A stretch of 52,330 bases of DNA. It comes from a virus (taxonomy: Duplodnaviria > Caudoviricetes). The stretch spans positions 1-52,330 of IMG/VR virus record IMGVR_UViG_3300026478_000318; one strand, 5' to 3'. Within the stretch, counting starts at the first letter, position 1. Each line of letters opens with the position of its first letter. Both the position numbers and the translations under genes were made by a program. Positions 45,491-52,330 of this stretch are shown piece after piece. A model generated the notes under the pieces. That model did no database searches and was not told the DNA's origin. It was given only the letters and a program-made list of their open reading frames with translations.

Positions 45491-45933
45491 ATGTCACTTG
45501 CCTGGTTCTCTGACCTACGGATTATTAACTTATAATATTCAGTATTACCAAATGGTCCAGAGAACGGCTCATGAGTTGCTATTTCAAATATAGTTGATTT
45601 ACCAGCCCTTGGCCCCGTGGTCTCTGTATAAATCTCATTACAGTTTTTATCTTTAATGTTAGTAATAATGACGTTTGTGATTGAGTTTCTTGCATCTAAA
45701 CTTGAAATTCTAATATCACTCTTAACTCTTCCTATTAAGATTTTTTCTTGAGTAATATTAACGTTTGGAGTTACTTCTTCTTTAAATGCTGTCCCAGCAG
45801 GAGTAAAAGAGCATGCAATTGTTCTATCTAAAACCCAGGTCTTCTTAACATTGCCGTATGCGCCCTGCTCTACAATTGGATGATAAACATCTGCCAGCAT
45901 AGGAAAAGCGAAGTCTGGTTCCTCGCAAATCAT
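45487..45933 (-). CDS. Probable head closure (stopper) protein
   Basis: Synteny and a DVY.P......YG..K.W pattern. Confidence 0.55.
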   Translation of the reverse strand: MICEEPDFAFPMLADVYHPIVEQGAYGNVKKTWVLDRTIACSFTPAGTAFKEEVTPNVNITQEKILIGRVKSDIRISSLDARNSITNVIITNIKDKNCNEIYTETTGPRAGKSTIFEIATHEPFSGPFGNTEYYKLIIRRSENQASDI

Positions 45934-46853
45934 TATAAAACTCCTGGTCTGGTTATTGTATTAACGTATCTTTCTAGAATCTTGTCAACAATAGCATTGC
46001 CAGTTCCAGAAAGGACTGACTTATCAAACTGTATCTTAAACTGATCTGTATTATATGCAGTTATATATCTCTTATAATAATCTAACTTCCCGCACTTAAT
46101 ATCTTCAATTAACATCTTGGTTGCTACGACAACATCAGTTGGAACAACCTTATATCCTACGTCCAAGACAATTGTAAAATCATATCCCTTTGGAAAATCT
46201 CCAACCCTGTATCCAACAAAACCAAGATCTCCAGAACCACCAACTATCTTAGTTGGATTATAGTCCATTCTATTTCTTTCATCTGATGCTGTTGCATTTT
46301 CTGTTCTGTATATTGCAGAATTGTCTAATAAAATATCATATGAATATGCATACGCTGAAGGATCATCAGCATCATATACTAAAACATTGTTCTCATAAAC
46401 CTTTAAAACTCTATTAGAAGCATGCCATAATGAGAAGTAATCAAGTCCTTGTCCCTGTCCATTGATAACAAGTTTATGATTGTAAAAACCATCTCCAACA
46501 ACTGTGTCAATCATTGCTCGTGCAATAATTTCTTGCATCTTATACTCTTCAATTTCAGAAGCAGTTGTTCCATATTCTGATGGATTAACATAAGGTCTGA
46601 TGATATTTAAATTGTCTTCAAGCAAAATATGTTCATGCTCTTCGTCATAAAATCTAATTAAAAAGTTTCTATCAAACTGAACTTTTGATAAAGGAATTTG
46701 ATATATTACTTTACCGTTAGCGTCAGAAGAAAGATTAAACTCTTCGTACGAGTGATCCACCAAATCCTCTACATATACCACATACTCATAATTTGGTATT
46801 GGTAATGACCATGTGGTTATTAAAGGATAAGGTGGAACTCTCAATACTTCCAT
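45933..46853 (-). CDS. Probable head-tail adaptor protein
   Basis: ARAMID, GY..VP.DV..AT..LI and TGN..VD.IL..Y pattern of adaptors. Confidence 0.65.
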   Translation of the reverse strand: MEVLRVPPYPLITTWSLPIPNYEYVVYVEDLVDHSYEEFNLSSDANGKVIYQIPLSKVQFDRNFLIRFYDEEHEHILLEDNLNIIRPYVNPSEYGTTASEIEEYKMQEIIARAMIDTVVGDGFYNHKLVINGQGQGLDYFSLWHASNRVLKVYENNVLVYDADDPSAYAYSYDILLDNSAIYRTENATASDERNRMDYNPTKIVGGSGDLGFVGYRVGDFPKGYDFTIVLDVGYKVVPTDVVVATKMLIEDIKCGKLDYYKRYITAYNTDQFKIQFDKSVLSGTGNAIVDKILERYVNTITRPGVL

Positions 46854-46854
46854 T

Positions 46855-47328
46855 TTATCGACCAAACTCCCTTGCTACCTCTTCTGGTGTAGCAATTCTG
46901 ATGTGGTCACGAGTAGCCCACTTGTCTGCCTCTTCTTGAGTGACAATGTTGTAGCCTCGATTTACTTTACCAACTCCACCCCAACTAACATTTTTAGTTG
47001 AATAGACTGCAACAGTTTTCTTAGCCTTATTAGACTTTACCGATGCCTTCTTTTCTGTCTTTGGTACTGATACTGCGCCAATAACTCCGTTAGCAACAGA
47101 CCCTAAAGCCTGTACTTCATCTAGAGATGACTTTGCAAGATCTGAAGTTGTGATAGCACTTGTTTCTTCTACAGGTGCTGAGATTGAAGCCTCAATATTA
47201 TTTTCTACCGCTACTTCTTCCACCTTAGTTTCTGGCATAGGAGCCTGAACTACTGGTGCCTCTTCCACAACTGATGGAGCGAGAAAGTCTTCTGCTGGCA
47301 TATCATTATTAAAATTATTTTCTTCCAT
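46855..47328 (-). CDS. Hypothetical protein: acidic disordered N-terminus plus small C-terminal domain
   Basis: Follows the capsid gene, with an AGGAGG SD and a promoter at 47351-47359. Confidence 0.75.
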   Translation of the reverse strand: MEENNFNNDMPAEDFLAPSVVEEAPVVQAPMPETKVEEVAVENNIEASISAPVEETSAITTSDLAKSSLDEVQALGSVANGVIGAVSVPKTEKKASVKSNKAKKTVAVYSTKNVSWGGVGKVNRGYNIVTQEEADKWATRDHIRIATPEEVAREFGR

Positions 47329-47350
47329 TATTTAACCTCCTATGTGCACT

Positions 47351-47359
47351 ATTATAACA
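47351..47359 (-). promoter_or_regulatory. Extended -10 (TGTTATAAT)
   Basis: Intergenic, just after the capsid terminator. Confidence 0.72.
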
Positions 47360-47371
47360 GAATACTAAAGG

Positions 47372-47406
47372 TAAGAGGGGGAGGAGATCAACCCCTGCCC
47401 CCTCTC
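47372..47406 (-). terminator. Hairpin after the capsid gene, probable terminator
   Basis: Minus strand AGAGGGGG-CAGGGG-TTG-ATCTCCT-CCCCCTCT with a weak T-tract. Confidence 0.7.
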
Positions 47407-47425
47407 AAAAGGTACTGACTACAGA

Positions 47426-48568
47426 TTATGCATCTGCTGCAGCATCTGCCCACGCAATTGCGTCTTCTTCTTCCCATTGAATACCGAAGCGGACGAATAC
47501 TGTGTATTCAATTGTGTCCTTCTTCGCCTTGTATTCACGGTTAACGACGATATCACGCTGGAAGCCCCAAACACGGTTCTGTGGGAATGTCAAATCGACA
47601 TATCCTGCAGGGTAGTAAGGAACTTCTTGTACATCGATTCCGAGTACACGTGTTGTACGTGCTCCACCGAATGTCTGTGCAGAACCATCAAGGTATGCCT
47701 GACGATTTGCAGATGTACCAGCAACACGATTACCCATTGCTTCAGCAATAGCATCAGCAAGTGTACCGTTATGCTTTACGATACCAGCAAACACGTCTGT
47801 ACCTGCGTAGAACTTAAGATTGTTCTTAAGTGCACGATACTTACGTGGCATTGCAAGAACGATTTCTTGCATTACTTCTGGTGTCCAAGCGTTGTCAGCA
47901 ACTGTAACGACTGCCTCATGTGAGTCACCGTTATCCTGATGCTTCTTGACAAAGCCCTTCATAATAGAAAGGAAGTTGCCTGTTGATCCATCACCATTGA
48001 TAGCGAGATCTTCGATATCATTAGCAAATGCGTTTGTCATAAGACGAACGAGATGGTCTTCAAGTGCAGCCCCCTCAATATTGTCTTCTAGTGCTTCAGC
48101 AGAAACTTCCCAATCGAGACGAATCTTCTTTGTTGTAAGTTCTACCTTAGTGAATGTTGCACCAGTATTTGTATAATCACCGATACCTTGAGCAGCAGCA
48201 CGGATTACACGCTCACCAACGTTAACTTTTTCAAGTTCCATGGTGTTTGCTCTCATAGTTACACGACGACCATCTTGGGCGAGAACAGTAGCATCCCATA
48301 CATAATCAATGAAACGCTGTGCTTGTTCAGGGCGGAGAATACCGCTTCCAGCCTCACCCGAAGGATTTACTGCGTTAGGTCCTGTTGTCAAACCCAAATT
48401 TGCATTTGGAATATTGCCTAGGACACCGCCTGTTGTGTAGTTGCCAGGTACATTTGAACCTGCATCAGATCCTGATGCAAATGAACCTTGAGGCTGGTAA
48501 AGACCTGGTGTTGTACCACCAAGTTCTCCAGACTCACCTGGCTGATTTTTAATTAACTCTTCCGACAT
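47426..48568 (-). CDS. Major capsid protein (HK97 fold)
   Basis: GILRPEQA.RFID, L.TKKIRL.WEVS.EALEDNIEG, FANDIEDLAINGD, with a GGAGGTG SD. Confidence 0.93.
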   Translation of the reverse strand: MSEELIKNQPGESGELGGTTPGLYQPQGSFASGSDAGSNVPGNYTTGGVLGNIPNANLGLTTGPNAVNPSGEAGSGILRPEQAQRFIDYVWDATVLAQDGRRVTMRANTMELEKVNVGERVIRAAAQGIGDYTNTGATFTKVELTTKKIRLDWEVSAEALEDNIEGAALEDHLVRLMTNAFANDIEDLAINGDGSTGNFLSIMKGFVKKHQDNGDSHEAVVTVADNAWTPEVMQEIVLAMPRKYRALKNNLKFYAGTDVFAGIVKHNGTLADAIAEAMGNRVAGTSANRQAYLDGSAQTFGGARTTRVLGIDVQEVPYYPAGYVDLTFPQNRVWGFQRDIVVNREYKAKKDTIEYTVFVRFGIQWEEEDAIAWADAAADA

Positions 48569-48594
48569 ATTGTCACCTCCAAGTTTTTCTTTGC

Positions 48595-49206
48595 TTATTT
48601 AAATAAGTCGGCTGTTTTGAGGAAACGTCCGCCCCATAAGGATTTTTCAACCATTTCTGGTTGTTCCTGCACGATCTCGCCTAGATCGCCAGACTTTCGG
48701 AAAGCAGTGTCCGCTTCTACTGCATCTACTCTCTTTCCAAATCTATTTACTTGTTCTGTTGCTGCAGCAATATCTTTGGCAACTGCATCAAGAGAATTTC
48801 TTACTAACTCTGTATCAACCTTTGTAGACTTAAGCATTTCTACTTCTGCCTGCAAAGACTTCACAGTTTCAACTAAATCGCTAAAGGCTGATGTAAGTGT
48901 ATTTTTAACATCCGTAATTGCATCAACAATTACTTCGTCTGACTTCTTTGCCTTTTCTTCTTCTTTCATCTCAGCGTCAGGACCTTCCTTAGAATCTTCT
49001 TCTTCGGTTTCCTTATCTGGATGTGCAGCCTTTTCTGTTTCAGCGACTTCAGTTGTTTCTACAACATCATCTGTCTTTTCAGTTGTTTCATCAACAACTT
49101 CATCTGATTTTTCAGTTTCGACTACAGGAGTTTCGGCAACAGCCTCTGGAGCGATTTCTTCTGCCTTAGCAACTTCGACTTCTTCAGTCTTTGTTTTCTT
49201 TGACAT
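48595..49206 (-). CDS. Probable nested in-frame scaffold protein
   Basis: Internal AAGGAGG-8nt-ATG (MSKKTKTEE) at the domain boundary. Confidence 0.6.
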   Translation of the reverse strand: MSKKTKTEEVEVAKAEEIAPEAVAETPVVETEKSDEVVDETTEKTDDVVETTEVAETEKAAHPDKETEEEDSKEGPDAEMKEEEKAKKSDEVIVDAITDVKNTLTSAFSDLVETVKSLQAEVEMLKSTKVDTELVRNSLDAVAKDIAAATEQVNRFGKRVDAVEADTAFRKSGDLGEIVQEQPEMVEKSLWGGRFLKTADLFK

Positions 49207-49956
49207 AGGATTTTCCTCCTTTGTTATCTTAGCATCAATGCCTTTAGCACTATCTACTAAGAATTTGACTATATCCATTTTTTCATTATCCGTTTTTTCA
49301 ACGAACCCTATATTTTTCATTTCATTTCCGTTAACTGGACTTGTTACAGATTCTTCTTCTGATACCATAACTAAGCCAGACGCTTCATCATAAAAGACAT
49401 TTTCTAATGCAACATCTTGACCCTTAACAACAGCAACACCATCAACCTTTTCAACTTGCATAATATTTGCAAACTGGTTTGCTGGAGAATCAACTAGTGA
49501 CAATTCTACGAGATCATAATCTTTAATAATTCTAATTGTAGAGTCTGACTTCTCATCATAGCCATCGTCCCACTTATTCATACGGCCACCAATTGAGAAT
49601 CCTGTATATGTACCGTCTAAAACTTTTTCCCATGCATCTTGTGCACCTTTTGAAATATATGCAGATACAAAAACTCCATTGTAAAACTTTTTAGTAGTTG
49701 CATCAAAATATTTATCTTGCTTAAAGTTAACCATTTTACCAACTGCGGATGGCTGATGCATTTCACGAATGTTTCCACGGAATGCAGAAAATGCTTTCAT
49801 AGATGCATCTGCTGTAACTATATCGCCTTGCTTATCAACATTATCAAGAGATGCAAAACCAGAGACGATACGTCTCTCCTTATCAACCTTCGCAAATGGA
49901 AGGGAAAGTCTTACTGAGTCGCCATTGGTATCCCAATGAGCCTTGGATATAGTCAT
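48595..49956 (-). CDS. Prohead protease (XkdF/HK97-like) fused to scaffold
   Basis: RIVSGFAS, D.QGD, REMH, TGFSIGG and ELSLVD.PAN, followed by an acidic and coiled-coil C-terminus. Confidence 0.88.
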   Translation of the reverse strand: MTISKAHWDTNGDSVRLSLPFAKVDKERRIVSGFASLDNVDKQGDIVTADASMKAFSAFRGNIREMHQPSAVGKMVNFKQDKYFDATTKKFYNGVFVSAYISKGAQDAWEKVLDGTYTGFSIGGRMNKWDDGYDEKSDSTIRIIKDYDLVELSLVDSPANQFANIMQVEKVDGVAVVKGQDVALENVFYDEASGLVMVSEEESVTSPVNGNEMKNIGFVEKTDNEKMDIVKFLVDSAKGIDAKITKEENPMSKKTKTEEVEVAKAEEIAPEAVAETPVVETEKSDEVVDETTEKTDDVVETTEVAETEKAAHPDKETEEEDSKEGPDAEMKEEEKAKKSDEVIVDAITDVKNTLTSAFSDLVETVKSLQAEVEMLKSTKVDTELVRNSLDAVAKDIAAATEQVNRFGKRVDAVEADTAFRKSGDLGEIVQEQPEMVEKSLWGGRFLKTADLFK

Positions 49957-49989
49957 ACTAGTATATATTATATAGCCTTTTTACACAAA

Positions 49990-50021
49990 TGTTAATAACT
50001 TGTGGATAACCCTGTGGATAT
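49990..50021. promoter_or_regulatory. Three tandem DnaA-box-like 9-mers
   Basis: TGTTAATAA (49990), TGTGGATAA (50001, exact reverse complement of TTATCCACA) and TGTGGATAT (50013). Confidence 0.55.
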
Positions 50022-51619
50022 CAAGAAGTTGATCTACCTTCACCCTTTGGGTTTCTGCCACTAATTGTAGCAGGACCATCAGACTGGTTGTTTGTTCGTT
50101 CTCCATCCCTCGCCCTATCAGCATTATCGTTTGCTGCTTGCTCTGGCTTAGGATTAAAAGGCTCATCTCCTCCTTCCCTTTGTGGAAGACCTAGAGCAGA
50201 TCTAGCCTCATTTGGAAGCATAACTTGAGTCTTAACGTATCTTTCCAAAATCTGAGACTGTGCGATTTCGTCAGTTAATGTCAACTCATTAAACTTAAGA
50301 ACTAAAATATCTGTTCGTTCTTTAATAATTTTACTTAAGGTTTTTTCTAATTCTTTCTGTGCTGGTCTTGCAACCTGCTCCTTAAATGTACGATCCTGTG
50401 AAAGGGCCGAAGCAATGCCACCCGAATCTCCTCCACCAATTTTTGACAATGGTACCTGATGAGCAATTAAAATATCATCACGATTTTGCTTGCGATATCT
50501 TTCAAATGAACCTTCCTGTACGCCATTCTCAATTGGCTCCATCTTAAATTCAACCTTATTATTATCTGAATCTCCTGGAAGCGGAATATAGAGAGTTCTG
50601 TGTGATTGTCCTTTTAGGTTTGTCTGAAGGAATCTAAACATCTTATCTTCTGCATCGCTAGACAAACGTGCACCCTTTAATGTTACAACATATCTAGGCA
50701 CAGCCTTATTGCTAAAGTAATCAATATTATATTGTGATGCTAACTGATCACCGTATAGTGAATTAATTGCAGACATGATGTCTGGAACACCGTAAAAAGT
50801 ATTTAAAGGTGAGTATTGCTTGAAATGAATAATTTCATTTGGTCTTGGATCCGCAGTAATTGGATTTGGATTCTTAGCACCAAAGTTTCTAAAGTAAACA
50901 ACCTTCTGTCCAATAATCTGAACATATCCATCACGTAGGCGACGTACACGCATTGTAGTTGCAGGGATATGTCCAATATATCCAATTTCTCCACGTGTCG
51001 TTCTACCAATTTCAAGGTATCCGTTTCCGATTGCCTGCATGTCAGTATAAACTTTTGTCATTGTAGTAGTAAAAGAATCATCATTATTTAATGATTCAAG
51101 CCACTGATGCATTTCAATCTTTGCACGTTCAATTCTATTTCTTGCTCTATTAACCTGTTCAGAATCTTGATTTGACTCAAGTCTCAACATGGTGCTAGGA
51201 GATACTTCAAAATCATATCCTAAACCAACTACATTTTCTACCTTTGCATCAATTGCAGCATGGTTTGCAAATGATGTGTCGTAAAAGTTTGCAAGTTCAT
51301 AAACATTCCATGGTGGTGTAATTACATCAAACAAACCATAGGCATTTCTATATACTGTGCCAGGATTTATCTCTTTAGACTTTGCTCCATTAATACCAGT
51401 GCTTTCTGCTCTTGCAGAATCAATGTACCCCTGCATATTTTCTGGTGCTTCTGCTTTTTCGGTTAGCCTATTTGCACGACGCTTAAAGTTATTGTCGAGT
51501 CCTGCATATGTCTTGATCTCTGACCAGTTCTTATTGAATGGATCATCCTGCTTAAACTGATCCATAAAACTTGTTGGGGTATCTATATTTGCACTAATAA
51601 AAACTTGATCTTCGTCCAT
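50021..51619 (-). CDS. Portal protein
   Basis: GNGYLEI.R, EIIHFK.Y.P...YGVP, YFSN.AVP, I..AHQVP and PNEAR..LGLP..GGD. Confidence 0.95.
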   Translation of the reverse strand: MDEDQVFISANIDTPTSFMDQFKQDDPFNKNWSEIKTYAGLDNNFKRRANRLTEKAEAPENMQGYIDSARAESTGINGAKSKEINPGTVYRNAYGLFDVITPPWNVYELANFYDTSFANHAAIDAKVENVVGLGYDFEVSPSTMLRLESNQDSEQVNRARNRIERAKIEMHQWLESLNNDDSFTTTMTKVYTDMQAIGNGYLEIGRTTRGEIGYIGHIPATTMRVRRLRDGYVQIIGQKVVYFRNFGAKNPNPITADPRPNEIIHFKQYSPLNTFYGVPDIMSAINSLYGDQLASQYNIDYFSNKAVPRYVVTLKGARLSSDAEDKMFRFLQTNLKGQSHRTLYIPLPGDSDNNKVEFKMEPIENGVQEGSFERYRKQNRDDILIAHQVPLSKIGGGDSGGIASALSQDRTFKEQVARPAQKELEKTLSKIIKERTDILVLKFNELTLTDEIAQSQILERYVKTQVMLPNEARSALGLPQREGGDEPFNPKPEQAANDNADRARDGERTNNQSDGPATISGRNPKGEGRSTS

Positions 51620-52020
51620 TATTCATCTCCATATTTAGCAATTGTATCTTTTGCTGCCTGAACAGCACCTAGGTCATTTAGGTTTGGAATTAAGCCAGCC
51701 TTCATTCTATCTACTTGCTCAGAATACTCTTCGTCAGTGACTCTACCCATACCAGCGAAAAAATATGCTTCGCCATCTGGCTCTCCATAATATGCTGCTG
51801 CTTGCTTTAATTCTGCAATCTTACCAAGATCACCCTTCATTGAAGGAATATTTAAAATATTTCCTTGACCATCTGTAAACCACTTACCGTTAGCCTTCTT
51901 CCATACGTAGATACCCCAGTCATACTGTTTATCTATTAAAGTTACCTTAGTTTCGCCAATCTGGCCTGGCATGCGTGGCTTTCCGTCTTTACCAAAAAGT
52001 GACTGATCTTTGTTTTTCAT
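51619..52020 (-). CDS. Hypothetical protein upstream of the portal
   Basis: TAATG-coupled to the portal gene. TGGTATACT lies 7 nt before the ATG at 52020. Confidence 0.75.
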   Translation of the reverse strand: MKNKDQSLFGKDGKPRMPGQIGETKVTLIDKQYDWGIYVWKKANGKWFTDGQGNILNIPSMKGDLGKIAELKQAAAYYGEPDGEAYFFAGMGRVTDEEYSEQVDRMKAGLIPNLNDLGAVQAAKDTIAKYGDE

Positions 52021-52027
52021 AACCACC

Positions 52028-52036
52028 AGTATACCA
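52028..52036 (-). promoter_or_regulatory. Extended -10 (TGGTATACT), leaderless spacing
   Basis: Intergenic, 7 nt to the ATG. Confidence 0.68.
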
Positions 52037-52038
52037 TA

Positions 52039-52329
52039 TTATACTGGATCTGAGATTTGTGATTGCCATGTTAGGTCTTTAAATATAGAGTATTCGTACC
52101 CATTGATGCTAAATACACGACTATCGTCAATAATAATTTTATTTGTTCCTGTGTAGGCCTTGTATAGGTCTGATGGATTTACACCGTAGTAACTTACTGA
52201 GGACTGAACAAGTACTCCCTGCCACAAGAAATAGTCGTTCCAGTATTCCCAATCAAATAGTCCATCGGCAGCAAACTTTACTCTTGCCCAAGGTCTCTTA
52301 GTTACAGTCTGAATTGCCTGTAGATTTGT
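52039..52329 (-). CDS. 3' end of a larger protein (partial)
   Basis: The frame stays open to the window edge (…TNLQAIQTVTKRPWARVKF…). Confidence 0.75.
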   Translation of the reverse strand, partial: TNLQAIQTVTKRPWARVKFAADGLFDWEYWNDYFLWQGVLVQSSVSYYGVNPSDLYKAYTGTNKIIIDDSRVFSINGYEYSIFKDLTWQSQISDPV

Positions 52330-52330
52330 T

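Larger units (their letters stand above)
1..52330 (-). mobile_element. Segment of a tailed dsDNA bacteriophage genome (siphovirus-like, probable actinobacterial host)
   Basis: Portal, protease, capsid, tail tube, tape measure, terminase, phage replication genes and endolysin are all co-oriented. No host housekeeping operons or integrase are seen. Confidence 0.97.

Noticed and set aside
7572-51015. Short alternate-frame minus-strand ORFs inside large genes (e.g. 7572..7853, 19329..19643, 20656..20916, 34005..34289, 49981..50166)
   Set aside because: They are nested out of frame in conserved genes, with no initiation signals or motifs.
48-51560. All plus-strand ORFs in the track (e.g. 9413..10000, 12018..12458, 21519..21983, 48617..49393)
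   Set aside because: Each lies antisense to a well-supported minus-strand gene and has the low-complexity composition expected of a shadow frame. None has a recognisable SD or motif.
1-52330. tRNA genes, integrase/att sites, stop-codon reassignment
   Set aside because: Intergenic gaps are short and explained by promoters and terminators, and no cloverleaf or recombinase was recognised. TAA, TAG and TGA all terminate full-length genes under the standard code.

Overview
This 52.3 kb AT-rich window is part of a large tailed dsDNA bacteriophage genome (siphovirus-like). Essentially every real gene is on the minus strand, tightly packed, often with overlapping stop/start codons. Read in the direction of transcription (right to left), there are five blocks. 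(1) Head: portal, protease/scaffold and major capsid. (2) Neck and tail: connectors, tail tube, two tail assembly chaperone paralogs, a 2416-aa tape measure and tail-tip genes. (3) Replication and recombination: DnaB, DnaG, SSB, DnaE, RecA, two resolvase-type nucleases and a Cas4-like nuclease. (4) A terminase pair displaced about 35 kb from the portal. (5) An accessory arm of secreted and membrane proteins, a CHAP endolysin, two proteases, oxygenases, a nuclease, WhiB and a pyrimidine-dimer glycosylase. WhiB, other actinobacterial-type small genes, probable leaderless transcripts and low GC suggest a low-GC, possibly freshwater, actinobacterial host (inference). The most notable observations are: the tail chaperones appear to be made from a duplicated gene pair (G-T-like fusion plus G-only) rather than by a programmed frameshift; three tandem DnaA-box-like 9-mers lie upstream of the head operon; a phage-encoded cell-surface island contains an S-layer-like protein, a PA14 stalk protein with a non-canonical start and a lipoprotein/membrane pair beside the endolysin; and many extended -10 promoters sit 6-7 nt from an ATG. 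No tRNA, CRISPR array, integrase, intein or intron was recognised. All family assignments are by eye from motifs and synteny, not from database searches.
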